A stretch of 64,000 bases of DNA. Origin: Bugula neritina (lineage: Eukaryota; Animalia; Bryozoa). The stretch spans positions 23,796,767-23,860,766 of the forward strand of contig OZ037766.1 of the NCBI GenBank assembly GCA_964035545.1, given 5' to 3'. The notes beneath the pieces were generated by a model. That model had not been told where the DNA came from. It saw only the letters and a list, made by a program, of their open reading frames with translations, and made no database searches. Position numbers and translations under genes: made by a program. This document shows positions 28,201 to 43,200 of the stretch, in pieces; the first letter of the stretch is position 1; every line of letters starts with the position of its first letter.

Positions 28201-31200
28201 TTTGACTTTAATGTTTAATTTGAAGTTTGAGCTTGTTTGTATGGAAATAAGCTTTAGCAAAATTGCCTTCATGATTCAGTCGAAAATGATTTCACTTTTA
28301 CAGGCTAATATATATAACTCCCAGAACGCAATTGCTTGGTTCACCATAATTCAGAAGTTTTATAATGTTTATGAGCACCGGGCTGCTTGACTGCTGATTT
28401 AGTGTATAGACTGTAAGAGGATTACGTGCAGTTATCATGTCTCAATATGTCAGTCAGTTATCTTAACCTGGTCATGTTGCACCCAACACTGCAGTGAATT
28501 GTTTACAAATATTTGTATGCACCAAAATAGCAGAATACTGGATTGATAAGACAACACAACATTCTTTCAAATCCATGCAAACAGCATTTCAACTAGAAGC
28601 TTCTCAGGGAAAACAATGGCCCACAGTTTTAGTACTGTTTAGATAATAGATTTCTGGCTCATACCAGATTTGTTAGCTATTATCAGTTGGGCTGACTAAC
28701 TGATGAGTGAAGTAAACACAATGACAGTCTATTTATTAACATTTCACGAAATCAAAATATAGCCTTCTTGTCTACTTGTAGATGTTCAGACGTTGTAATG
28801 TAACTAGTTATGCTTCTATGTGTTTAAACCTCAGATTGCAACTGTTTCTGTTGCCCACTAAATTGTGGGCATTAGCTGAGAACCAGAGCGATTGTAGCCT
28901 CTCTAATCTGAACAAATCTTTCTATAACCAGCTCCGAGTTGGGGGAGACTGAGTGAAATAGTTTAGGATTCTTGAGTTTGGAGTTATGGGTATAAATTGG
29001 AATTTGGAGCCCCAAACTCCAGAATCCCAAACTACTGCACTCAGTGACCCCCAACTTCGAACTGCTTATGGAACATTCAATCTGAACACTGCTCTACTAC
29101 TTTTTAGGATTCCAACGGTTGCTTTTTAAAAGTAATCATTAGTTTTGGTTATAACATCAGTAGTATATTTAAACTGTAACTTTAACGAGTGTAACTTTCC
29201 TGAATATTTTTCCACTCATACTTTCTGCCAAATTTCTTCAATTCAGATAGTAATCAGACTGAAAATCAGAAAAACCGTCATCAAAATTTGGAGAGGTGTA
29301 TTTTGTCTCGTCATTAACTCAGTAAGGAAATAACAGTGACATTCATGAGTTAATAAAATAGTATTAAAATAGATCTATAATTTCCAACTTGCACCAAGAA
29401 TATAGCTTTTCACATGCAAGCCTTAACTTAGGATTTGGTTATAATGCTGTTTTTAGAGATATGGTGCTGCAAAGTTCTATCCTATTTGAAGATTTTTATT
29501 TCAATATAACTTCTCTAGTCAAATACTATTCAACAAATATACCATCCACGTTTTGTGCCTTTGTTTTACTGGGAATTTAAAAGAACTTCCCCACTGTTTA
29601 TCACAAATTAAACTGGGCAAAACTCTACCTCTCTGCATCTAACGAGCTAAATCGGTGTTTCAACTTTTAAAACCTGTTAGAGTTTTTTACTCTTTAACCC
29701 CAACAGAAATTAATGGGATTGCAGCCTGCGAGTTCACTACTTTACTGTCAACTCTACTGACTTTACATGTGTGTTACTAACCTAACTAGCAGTTGGTGCT
29801 AGTTGCTGAATAACGCAGTCCCTCAGTAAGAGCTAACCACAAAGATACACAGCCAATGGCAATAACATCTACATGTAGTAAATACAAGTATAATAAGTAG
29901 TTTTGACTGCCAACATGCTTCTTCCTCGTCCAATAACGGAATGCCATGCATTCCTCACAGACGTTAACAAGCAATGACTGTCACCCTCACTCTGCTCGTG
30001 TAAAATCTCCAGGGAAAAAGGGAAGCTTGCAGTTGGGTTAACTTATCCGTGACTGAAATCTTATTTTTCTTGATATGTTCAACAAAATTAGCCAACTTCT
30101 ATCTTAGCTTTACTTCCTACACTTCATTAACTTGAAGATAGGATGGAGCTTCAGATTTTGGTATAACTATAAGCGTATTGTGGTGGTCACGGTAATAGCT
30201 AACTATTGATTGTTGAGATTGCCTTCTGGGCATCAAAGAGTAAACGATTAAAAAATAACATGGGATTAAATTGAAACTCTTGCTGCAGCTACGATGGCTT
30301 TCTTTCAGTGTAACCGAGTGTACCACCACTTTTGACCAACTTCTACTTGTGTACTGACTTACAGTTGTGAATAATTCTATACCAAGTTAAGGTGTATTTA
30401 GAAACCATGGTTGGTGGGTCTGTAAAATCTGTGATTCCTTATACCAAAATAGGTCATGAAGCCATCTTTAAGCATATATACTCTATTGAACCAAATAGCT
30501 CTGGATAGAAGTTTTTAAATGTATATTGTTAACTATTATAACTAACCTAGTTTTAATAATAAAATTACAAGAAGCATATTTTGACTTCTAAAAGGTTTGT
30601 TTATGCAAACTGCAAACATTAAACTTTTGACTCAGATAGAGAAATGGAAGGAAACCTGTGTTCAAGGGTAGATAGTGAATATAGCAGAACATCAAGAAGT
30701 TATAATTACATACAAAACAAGTTCAACTCTGACCTTAAACTTTAAAGTTGAACCAAAACTCAGACTATTGCAATTTAATGTTATCTGCAATGAAGAGTTA
30801 GGCCATCTTCAGCCTAAGAGTGTAGAAACTGACACTCTTAAAATGACCCAAGGATTTGTTCGAGCAGTATTACTATAAATATTATTATTACTATTAGTAT
30901 TAGTGTTAATTAATATTTAATTTTATGTATCATTGGTATATAATGAAAATCATTAATAGTAATCAAACTAAGCAGTATCAGTATGATTCTATGAATATTA
31001 ATCACTAATGTCAAATAATTGAACAGTGATTGCGTGAACTGTAAATAATCCTTGTTACTGCTTATAAAATTACTTACTTAGTCCTTCATCAAAACCAGGC
31101 ATGTGCTGCTCCTCTGTTCCTGTAGGCGCCTTCTACTCTAGTGTATGAGCCACGTTATAGCACCTGTACGTTGGAATAATGCCCACACCTTTTTCATTTA

Positions 31201-34200
31201 TGTAGTGTTGTTTATTATTGTGTTACTCATTGCTGCGAATAGTTCTAGTCCATTCATGCGTTTAACTGGTAAAGTCAACTCCCATACGTTGCAATGCATT
31301 CATGCGGCGTACCTTATGGTTATCGTTATATTAACTCTGTTAACAGCGTTTTGTAGCCTTTCGACTGTATGAAACTAGCTATACGATTATACTTCTTTGG
31401 TTTGCGAAAATGTCGTATACTTGCCCGCTTTTTAGCATTAAATAGTTGAAGGATTATTTGCTATCATTTGTCTATTCGCATTATTTTTACTACCTCGCGA
31501 GTTGTACACTTGAATACGCGTAGTTATGCACAATATTATATTATTATTGAAAGTATAGAAGTGAAGATTACAATACGCTGTGCCGCCATTATTGTTATTT
31601 TGAAGTAGTTAAGCGCATGTTCTAGCTACGGCGGTAACACTTCATAGCAAAGCTGATCCCAATACAAAACTATCTTTAGCAATGGACCTCTAAACTCTGA
31701 CTACAAATATGTCAAATAGGGCTGACTATGATATATAGTGTAGCTCTTTATGCACCAGTGTTTGCAATACTTGGCATTTGTAATACTAGCTCCAGTTTTT
31801 GGAAGAGCAAAAATTTGACAGTTTTTCTTATTTTTAGTGAAAGTTACTTCTCAAATATTAATCGTATTGTGTTCAGAAAGCAGAATATATTGCTAGGTTG
31901 GAGAGATTCAAATTTTGCTGGATGAATTTTTAATCCTAATTTTAGTGTCACAACACAGTATTTAGCAGCATTCTACTCTACTTCTAGGCTACGTTCATAA
32001 TATTTTATATAAAACATATGGCAGCTCAAACTTATTTTAGCTTGCTTTAAATTTGATGTTATAATTAATTGTTTAACTTTCCAAAATTATCCCGAAATTT
32101 GAGGAAAATTGAAAACATGAGAGCATAACTTCCTATTGCATTTTGTTTGTACCATAGTATAGGTTTCAAATAGCTACTACTGCTGCACTATGCCTCAAGA
32201 CATTTATTATTCAGGAACAAGCAATCTGGAATTTTCCTAGTTAATATAGTACACTTGATATATATAACTTCATGAGATTCTAGAAAATATTATTTTATTC
32301 TAATTCAAAAGTACAGCTGCAAATGTCCTCAAATTATTGAAACTGCATGTCTGCTAGCTATTTGTATGCAGTTGGTGAGAGCTTGTGTTATAATAATAAT
32401 AACAAGATAGACATTGTGATAGTGTGGTAGCTGTAGTGGTCATTGTTGTGTGGTGGCTAGTGTAGTAGTTGTTAGTGTAATCTTGTAGTCATTGATGTAA
32501 TAGTTGTGGTAGTTATTGTTGTAGTTTTTGTAGTTGATGTAGAAGTTATATTGATTTGTATGGTAGTTGTAGTGGTTGGTGTAGTAACTATAATAATTAG
32601 TATAGTAGCTGTAGCAGTTAGTGTAGTAGCTGTAGTGGTTAGTGTAGTAGCTGTAGTGGTTAGTGTGGTAGCTGTAGTGGTTAGTGTAGTAGCTGTAGTG
32701 GTTAGTGTAGTAGCTGTAGTGGTTAGTGTAGTAGCTGTAGTGGTTAGTCTGGTAGCTGTAGTGGTTAGTGTAGTAGCTGTAGTGGTTAGTGTAGTAGCTG
32801 TAGTGGTTAGTGTAGTAGTTGAGATAAGACTAAAATTTGGCGCCAATTTCACAGCAGCTCAACTATTAACACAACAGTTGAGTTGCTATAAATATCATAC
32901 TATATTTTCAAAATAAATAACATGTTTCCCAGACCACAGCATAGTAACTATATTCTTCCTATACATACATAATACTGTCCATTTTGACACTTCAGAAAAA
33001 GTTTTGAGTTTGAAAATCATTCTATATTGGCTATGCATGGACCAAACCCAGGCTAATGATTTAACATGAGAAATATAAACATTATCTTAAAAAATATATA
33101 ATAATCAACAACTACAAATAAACAAATAAATTTATATTACACTTAATATAGTTCTCCGTTCGACTATTATTAGAAAAGTCAGATACCTGAGAGAAAAATT
33201 GTTTGTTTTTACAATTGTATTTCTTTGCTGTTGTTCATATTGCTATTATAATAAATTTGGCTACTATGACTTGGTGACATAGTATATACTCTACTATGAC
33301 TTGGTATACTCCAATATGACTTGTGTACTCTATTATGACTTTGTATACTCTATTATGACTTGGTGTACTCTACTATGACTTGGTGTACTCTATTATGACT
33401 TGATGTACTTTACTATGACTTGGTGTACTCTATTATGACTTTGTATACTCTATTATGACTTGGTGTACTCTACTATGACTTGGTGTACTCTATTATGACT
33501 TGATGTACTTTACTATGACTTGGTGTACTCTAGTGTGACTTTGTATACTCTACTATGACTTAGTGTACTCTACTATGACTTAGTATACTCTAGTGTGACT
33601 TGGTATACTCTACTATGACTTTGTGTACTCTACTGTGACTTAGGATACTCTACTATGACTTGGTATACTCTACTATGACTTAGTGTACTCTACTATGACT
33701 TAGTATACTCTAGTATGACTTGGTATACTCTACTATGACTTGGTATACTCTACTATGACTTAGTTACTGCAGTTGGTAGCAAGTAACCATTCGAGTATTT
33801 CTCTGATAAAGTCCGGGTCTTTGACTTTGAGCTCTTTACTGGAATCATATACCCATAGGAATATTTCTCAGAGTTTTTACGCTGTTTTGAGTCTTTTTCT
33901 GTTCTTGTCTTGCTGTGTTTAGTCAACTCTGTATCCATGATCTCATACGCATCTTCTTCTGGCTCATTGTAGCTTTCACCCACTGGAAAGATTTTATCAC
34001 ATATTTTAATGATTTCCAAAGACAAGGGATTGCAACTCTAACAAAGTTGTTTTCTCAGGTATATCAGAATATATCATATGGGATTTCATTGAAATATTTT
34101 GTTTCGATTTTAAACCAGAAGGCAGAATTAACTGATGAGCTACAAGAGGCTGCTGCTATATATCACGTGAGAAGGCAACTCCTAACAGCTCTGACTATAC

Positions 34201-37200
34201 TTTCATTATCTGAACCTGATGGGCACTGTCAGTGTCTTATGATTGGTTGATATAAATACTTAGTCTGTGATCTTACTGCCCAATACTTACAAGGTACAGA
34301 GTACTCCGAGTAGCCTCCATCACTGACTTTAGCTTCTTCCATAGACTTACTGGCTATGTATCTGATAGAGGAGTTATCGCTGGTTGGTCTGCTGTCAGCG
34401 TCACATAATCTTACCGTCTCGCTGACAGCGGGACTATACAGAGCTTGTCTGGACGGTGGTCCACCCCTTCTCAGCTTTGCCTGCATCCGGTATCTCCCTA
34501 AGCCATAGATAAATATAGTAATTTATAGCTATGCAATGTACTCGTGGATTTTTATTGGTTGTAAACTTACTGACAAAAAACATTGCTAAGCATGGAAAAG
34601 ATAATGAAGCTATGTGAATTACTTCTGCATTAAAATATATATCATAAATATACTATGGAAGTCAATGCTAAGTATATAATGTGTACTTTGTGGTACTGGA
34701 AAATCTGTATATATCTGTAAGTTTTAGATAAACTGTTAAGTTTGGTGTTAACCTAAATATAACATAAATTCTGAGCCTTTATTTTACCTCTATAATACAT
34801 CTAGCTATACAAGGTTTAATACTAATTTTGAATTATTTACCTTTCATTTTGATAACGTAGACTGAGAGTGTAGCTAGTAGAAGAATCACTACCACCAGTG
34901 CCACAGTCACTATGACTAAGGCGATGAGATATGTCCTCTCCTTGCCAGGTGTGGGGGACAGGTGGGTGTTCCCTACTTGACTCAGCTCACCAATCTCATC
35001 ATCCCCATTCTCTAGTGGAACTGTTGTGGTGGTATGTGTTTCCTGACTTCCAGTCTGTGCATCAGAAGCATTCATGCTATGTGCGGCTGAAGAGGCCCTT
35101 TCAGGTGTAATTTGTACGGTGGTTGGTTGTCCAAGAGTGGTGACTGACCGGGATGTTGGTTGTGAGGAAGAGGCAGTGCATGTCCAGTATACTCGCACAG
35201 AAGTAGTTGCCTGTAGCAGTAACATGATAATATCAATCCTATGTGCTATTGGCTAAGCAGTAAGATGGTAGGCTAATATCAATCCTACGTGGTGTAGAGT
35301 GAGAGGGTTTTAGATTACACGGTGTAAACTTGGGGTTATAGTCTGTTTACAAGGGCAGGCAATCCCGACGCTATTCTGTGACAGGTTAGCAGCATACACC
35401 ATGCCAATAATTAATCAATATTATGTTGAACTTATTTCAAATCAGCCGCATAGCATAACGACTGTATTTTGGAAGTTGTCTTACTATTCTCACTAATGTT
35501 ACCTTATTTTACACGAGGTAGCATTGCACTCTCTGTAGACTATATACCATTATACTAGTAATTTGACCTTTTAAACTTTAAATAGTCTAATTTTGTGGAA
35601 TTTTATAAAAATTTACAGCCTATCCATAATTTATTTTAGTCTGTCGTGATTTATTTATTCTAATTTTTCCTATATAAGTCGGTATTCTTGCTTTAAATTA
35701 GGCTGAGAATTCTACAACGCAAATTTTCTTCTGCCTACATGTTATGGCCCATTCCCTACGTTCTATAGACTATATAATATATATAAGGTGTTGTTTATTT
35801 GTTATTTCTAACCTAAACTCTTAAACAGTTACTCAAGCTTAATTTGGTAAAATTGTAAAAATTAGCTTTCATGAATTTTTAATTTTTCTTAAGTTTCAGT
35901 TTGCCTCACTCTCTCCATGCTACAAATAGTTGCCACAACTAACACAGTTACAAAAAAACTATTTCTATTTACTAACAATGTCTACATATCTTCCATTATA
36001 ATATTATTATGATGATATAAATAAAATTATTTGATAAAAATTCTTGGGGCTTTGAATTTGTCTACCCTTGCTAGTCTCTTATTGCCCCCCCCCCACACTC
36101 TGTGTTGTTATATAACATGGTTTAACTTACTGTGGTTGTGGATGGTGTGCATGTAGTCTGAGCAGATAAGCTGTAGGTACTTAAGCTAACACCAGTGCAT
36201 GTGTTCAAACATTCATTCAAATCTTCTTTTAGTCTCTGCAACTCATTCTGAACTCCTGCTGAAGGTGCTACAAGATTGATTAAAATGTATACCTACTGCT
36301 CTTTTATAACAAAGAATATCTTTCAACTCATCATAATCTGTCACGAATGTAATACTTCACCTAGTACATGTGTACTATGTATACTATACATAATACACAT
36401 GCAGTATGCATGTCTATTATGTATAGTATACGCATATGGGTGTATACTATACATACATAATACACATGTATGTGTACTATACATAGGTATAGAGGCCTAC
36501 CTACATGTATATTATACCCACTATATACTTACTCAATGGCTGTGCACATGTGCTGGTCAAGAACACATGACTGGCCTTCATTGGTTTCATGTTGTCACAT
36601 GTTTGCTGACTTCGAGGTAGTACTGCTGACGATGTGGGCGTGGCATCGGGGAGTGAGCTCACCTCACAGTATATGTCCAACTAAAATAAGTGTTGAGGGG
36701 TCATATTTGAGAAAAGGGCTTTTGTTATGTTTCTCTTGGTTAATAATAACAAGACTTCTTTTTAAAATTTAAATCCAGAAGTGACTTCTTGAAAATTTAA
36801 TATAAAAAATCAACAAAACAATACAAAAATGTCCCAAGTAGAAAGTTGTGCATAAATATCTGTTTAAAGCCATTTCAATTTTAAGATTTATCAACAAGCA
36901 GCTGGTTGGTTAGATTTATGTCAGCTACTTTCTCATTGGCTGGTTACCCTGAATTACATATCATTTCCCTGACACTCAAAGTCAAATCTTACCTCTAACT
37001 TCATAGACTGAGCACCACAAGTATAGCCTATATCTGCGCTACTCCATCGTACACCCCCACACTCTTTATCTTGGTAACACTGTATAATCTCCATACCTTT
37101 CAGCTTTAGGGCATATCCTGTCATTGCTATATTCCATACATAATAAAATATAACAATATACCTGATTTCTTTAGCTTCTTTATATACAGTGTATGACATG

Positions 37201-40200
37201 GATATACATGGCACAGCATCAGTGTAATATGCACAGGTGTGACATAGTAAGTAAATTTAGACATTTTAGTGGTAGTTAACAGCCTTGTAATTATTAATTA
37301 TAGATTTTCAGACTTTAAATGATGCAAATTTAATTCTATTATGACAACTTGATGCCACTACGGCTGACCTTGACTCCTATATGTACTAATGTCAATTTGT
37401 TAGCCTTGAATTACGCTATTCACTGTACTGACAGCTATCACCCCCCCCCTCCATAACTTGGGGCAAGTTCAAAACAATAATGTTGCATGAGTTTCACTTT
37501 GTAAGCAGCTCCCAGTTGGGTTGACTGAGGGCAGTAGTTGTGGGTTCTCCAGTTTGGAGTTTAGGTTGGAAAGTTGAATCTCCTACTCCAAACTCGAAAC
37601 TCAAGATTACTGCACTCAGTCGCCCCTAACTCTGGGTGCTTATAGAACAATTCCTATAAATTCCATTACAAGAGCTGGTGTATCCCCACACGGTGGCACT
37701 CCTACCTTGAGGTGTACAGTGCTGATCATCTTCTGCCAATACTGCTGAAACATCTAAGATGTCATTGGACGTCAGAATTTGGCCGCTGCTGGACACCAAC
37801 TGACCATCTTGACAGTCTGCTCTTACCTGGCTGAGGGGAATCTCCCCATCGGTTGATGTTATGTAACGCTGATGTAGGATAGCTGACTCTATCAGTACTG
37901 CAAAGTAGTAGACGCAGCTTTTGTATTGCGCTGCACTGTTTTTTACTTCAATGTATTGCAGTACATTTATAGTGGACACTACATGCTGCATAGTGAATAT
38001 TGAACCTTTCAATTAGACAATTTTAACATTTTTATGGTGACCTTGGCTGCTTTTTTAATTCAACTGATTAACTATCAGACCAGTTGTTTGACCTTGATGG
38101 GATTTCATAAATTTTTACTTACAGTTATTGATAATAATTCAACAATTTATCTATTCTATAGCCTAATTTCATATATTTGCAAGTACGCAGCTCTTAATAT
38201 TTGAAACGAACCTCCCTAGTAACAACAATGCTGTTGTCATAGCTACAGTGCTGTAGTATGACACAGATAAGATGACTCACCACACAGTGCTGTAATACAG
38301 AGAGTTGTGTACATCCATACTATGAAGACCCTCATGGCTAGTCTGGCTAGTTATATGGATAGAATAGAAGTAGTTTTCTCAGGCTGGGAACTGCAATTTG
38401 GAAGAAAAAAACGATATATGAAATAATTCTCATTGACTATTTTGTTTGAAGTTTGCTGGAAGCAGCACTGAATTGGTGGTCACTTAGTACCATTAGCTGG
38501 GGGATATTCGAGTTTGTAGTTCATCAACTGTTAACTATGTGCTGCTTCTAGAATCTAGGGATATTCACAATGTTTTAAGAAAATTTTCCAACATAAATTT
38601 GGCAAGGCCTTGACCTTTTCCTGGCTGAAAATTTAATCACTGTGATCAGGAGGATACATGGTTAAATTTTTACTATGGACTATATTAAATAAAGATGTTA
38701 AAGTTGTCTAAGTGGTTACTAAAGCATATAGGTATTTGGCATATGAGATATGGGATATTGGGTAGAATGGCATTCTGAATCCTGTGACATGTTGACAAGG
38801 AATCTAATAGATATCAACACTTAGGATTTTGTTTGTAAAAAGGGAAGCAAGTCATTTAAGTGCCCAGTATGTGTATACGTGTAGGCCTACATGTAATATA
38901 GTTTTTTTATTATAAAGTTTTCCTATTTAGATGTGTAATACCAATTGACTGTTGTGTGTAGGGTTAGTAGAGGCAGTTTGTCAGTAGAAATTATTTTGAC
39001 AATAAAACCTCATTTTAGGACAATAGATGGCTAAAATTTTATGCATTACTGAGATATGTATAAACTCTAAATCCTATACAGTGTGTGCAATATTTGAATG
39101 TTCACTGAAAAGTTGCAATACTTTAAATGCTGTTTATATGGTTTCCCAGTTGGTAAATGATATGTCTATACACAGAGGTTGACTGAGACATTATAAAGTA
39201 ATTAGTTATATGTAGTCATTAACTAGTTGCTAATTTCTCATATCACACCCCACAACATCTCCAAGCAATCATTCTATGAAAAAAAATTAATTTCCATAAT
39301 AGCTAGTATTATAGATGGCAGTTAAATAGGCAGTACAACCATTACTATACTAGCCTAATCCTTCATAAGCTTGAAGATCTAAACAGGATTTAGCCCACCA
39401 ACTAATCTAAGAGATTGTGTTTAGTAGTCACTAGTAGGCCGTAAATGACAACCTACTAGTGACTCTGTGAATATATGTTACACCCACAAACAGTAAAATA
39501 CATTTTGTTTGTGCATATTTTGTTTTATATGAACGTGTTGTTGACTTTATACCAAACAATATATATCAGTAAAAGTCACATGTGCCATGGAGCTCAGCCA
39601 GTTCTCTTGAGGAGTTGTCTTCAACACAAACATTTCACTACAATTTAATTATTTCCATCTCCCATAGTTTCTCATCTCATTTGACTGCAATATGTTATAG
39701 AATCATTTCTCCATTAGTGTGCCTTCCTGTGTACAATTATGTCCCTAGTCTCTCTGTTGCCATGGTTACGTTTCTTAGTTCTTATATATTAAACCAGAAG
39801 CAGGTAGCTGTAGCTGTTTAGTCATTTAGATCTTCTAGTTTAATATATAGATTTTCCTTTTTTTTCATAGCTTATCCTATATGTTTACAAACTCGCATCT
39901 CAAAATGGTAATACACTGCCTTCCAGTACTGGTTGTTGAACAAGACATGGATGATTTAACATGGACACTTGCTGTGTTTCCTTTCTTACTTGTAACTTAT
40001 TTTGTCAGTTAGTAAGAGGTGCAAGTTTCTACTCCTTTGGGGTGTGAACTGCTCTGCCCAAGTTTCTTGCTCGGTTTCTATAAATTGGTTGGTCTAAGAT
40101 GGTACTAAGAGCTGGCTCAGACTAACTGAGATTGAACCTTGACCTGTTTCTGTTTTAAATTTGCTGTAGCAGTATTGATATGATATGTGAAAATGCAGTC

Positions 40201-43200
40201 TAGACTAAAAACATGATAATACCAAGTACCAACCACTACCCCCTACCAGATTGTGTGCTGTGTTAGATTCTGCATTCTCAATGTTCTACAGTTATGTAAA
40301 GGTTTTTAGGAGAAGTCTTATTCAATCTGTAAACACCTTAACCTCCAAGCTAATTTAAATACAACCCAAGTCCCTGCTTTATACCAAATTCTCAGACATA
40401 GAGCTTTTTGTTAGGCTTTGCTAACATCACTAGTCCTAGACTGCATGGGCTAATTTAAATCATTGAAATATCATAATAACAATTTGGCATTCATGTATGT
40501 ATGTGTAGCTTTAGCTTATATAAGTAAGTCTTCAGTTGATTGGAATCCAAATCACAGAAAAACAAATTATGATGCTAAGATTTTCTTCTGCTTACCTGAA
40601 TATAGATGAATGAACTTTCACTAGCTGGTACCCAGAGATGGCGAGTGGCTGTGTGTTGGTTAGGCCTCAATGCCTCTGTAGTAATGCCCTGGCATGTATA
40701 TATCAGTCCTGTGGGGTGTGGGTGGCTGACCTCTGCTGCCTACTCTAGCTGCTGACTCAGCAGTATTATAGGAGGGGAGTGCGTTGAGTCAATTGAGAGA
40801 TAACCCCTGTGCATCTAAATGGGTTGAGCACACTTGTTGTAATGGATTTACAGTCACATTTCTTATTGAGTACGTAAATTGGAACAATTAGTTGAGATTC
40901 TTAGGCCACTTGTTTGCTATGAGGTATCAGCAATGCCACCCTAAGTCTGTTAAGGATACTACAGCTAAAATAGTTATTAATCATTTTGTAAACTTAGGGG
41001 ATAAGATTCACTGATCCAGAACTATCACTGTAAGCTTGATTCTAAACTTGGCGTGCACTAGTGCAGTCTGTATCTCATACCTCCCATGTATTTATCACAA
41101 TTCAATTAGAACACCAGCTAAATGAATAAATGAGTCACTACCGTGGCTCATGAAGTTACAAATAAGCTATTTTTCTATATATCACAAATTCTATAATGTA
41201 AACTGTACTCTCAAATTCTGCAAATTCAGACTGGTTTCCATAAAGACTCTAAAACTAGACCGTCTCACCATAAGTATGCCTGCATGCAAGGACCAAATGC
41301 TGTAATAAAAGCTAAAACTGTGTCTTTTTATTACACTGTTGATAATTTGCCTTTGAGATTTCAGTCATACTAGCTCACAATGTTATGGATGCATGTACAG
41401 TATGTAGGTGATACACTCAATACAGTATAAATCCTATATACTCAGTTATACCTTGTACATTATGAATAGATGATTCACTGTTACTTTATACCACTTTCAG
41501 AATTCCATGAGTCAGAAGTGCTACTGTGACAGAGTGATAGTTTAAGGAAATGCGATTAAGGAAATATGATAACAAACATTTTTATAATATGACTGATTTC
41601 TGCTATACAGAATGCAAAAATCATGATGCAGTTAATTTTATATTTGGAATGAAATTAGTTGAATACCGAATTGATTATTATATTTCTTTTGTTTCTTCTG
41701 GGATAATATTTAGGCTCAAACATGTGGAGTTGTTTTTTCTTGTAATATAAACAGTTCCTATAGCTGAATGTAGCATAATTGAATATTGTAAAAGATGTAT
41801 TAATGCAACTTGACACATGCTATTATAGTGGACTAAGTAGAGTAAGTTTTTAATTTCTACCATAACTTTGTAGAGATTGATGGTGAAGAGAAACAAGTAA
41901 GAGAAGAATTTAATGTACCAGGCATGTCCTCTCCTCTCTACTTAATAGAAAATCTTTTACAGACACTCACTAATTCTGATGAAGATGGCAGAGTGATTGT
42001 AAAGCAAGCTAAGAAACATAATGCAGGTAAGCACTGTGTGAAGTAGGTAACATAAAGTAAATTAGTTCTACTGAAACCACTTGATTTAACTCGCAACCAT
42101 CATGCAAATGCTGGCTATTGTGACTAGGGGGTAAATGGGCAAATGCTGCTTTGATCACTTTTAAGCAGAAATTTCTGAGTATTTTCTAGAAATCTCAATA
42201 TATTAAAACAGTCGTTGCTGATTTTACTGCATTTTATCTGTATAATTATTACTAAGAATGATAATTTCACTTTCATGTGTAGAAGAAGTGACATCTTCCA
42301 TCAGATACCTTCTTCTGAACCCAGCCATTTACTTCTCTAAACTGGTGGAAGAGTGCCGTTCAGTGATCATTGCAGGTGGCACCATGCAGCCAGTGTCGGA
42401 GTTCAAGGAACAACTGTTTCAGATTGGGCAGATAACTCCAGAGAGAATACTAGAGTTCAGTTGTGGTGAGTCATATGGAATCAGATTTATATTTTAGACA
42501 TTATTGTCGTATTGACTATTAAACCCTTTTTCATGTCTGGAGTGGTTTGGTCGTTTTTAAAGATTTTCAGATGTGAGGAATTTTCATTTCTGCAACTTTT
42601 ACTTGGCATATTTAAATTTTTATTCTGAAAGTTGAGGGCTTGAACTTTCAAGTAGTAGTTATTTGTTGTCAAGCTAAACAGTTATTTGTAAACTTGAGGA
42701 CATCAACATAACGACCCTGCAAGTGAATTAAACGCTACCATCTGTTTCAAAAATGTAATAATTCATTGATAAATATGCTTAAGTAGGTTAATAAGTCAGT
42801 CTTCTCAGCTTTCGTATTGTAATAACCACTTTTTAAAGTTGCTTTTGGCTTCATTTTTCAGGTCATGTTATTTCAGCTGAGAATATTCTACCCATTGCAC
42901 TGTCACAGGCCTCTAAAGGGAACACCCTAGATTTTACATACCAATCTCGAAACAACAGCACAACAGTGAGTATATTTCATGAATTCAGAAATTTTATTTC
43001 AATTGTTAATAAATAAGATATTAGAATGTATAAAAGTGGCAAGCATTTGTCTGAAATTCAATGGTTTCAAAATCCTTAACTTCAGAGTCATTGTTTACTT
43101 GTAGTTGAACTCCCTCTCCAAGATACTATTAGACGTGTCCAGTTGTGTGCCAGGAGGGGTGGTATGCTTTTTGCCCTCGTACCAGTATGAGAATGTTGTT

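Noticed and set aside
27700-30900. Short ORFs and exon-like patches in the middle of DDX11 intron 13
   Set aside because: I could not build a phase-consistent coding chain, and the candidate exons tested contain stops.
32472-32916. Thr-rich (mucin-like) and Val-rich ORFs
   Set aside because: Both strands are open only because of the 21-bp repeat; no signal peptide or splice context.
33262-33765. CRISPR-like regular array
   Set aside because: Head-to-tail units with no unique spacers, no cas genes, eukaryotic context.
34005-34139. Alternative last exon of the receptor using the acceptor at 34139
   Set aside because: In phase but stops after ~44 aa and loses the Tyr motifs; the 33982 acceptor was preferred. 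Cannot be excluded as a minor isoform.
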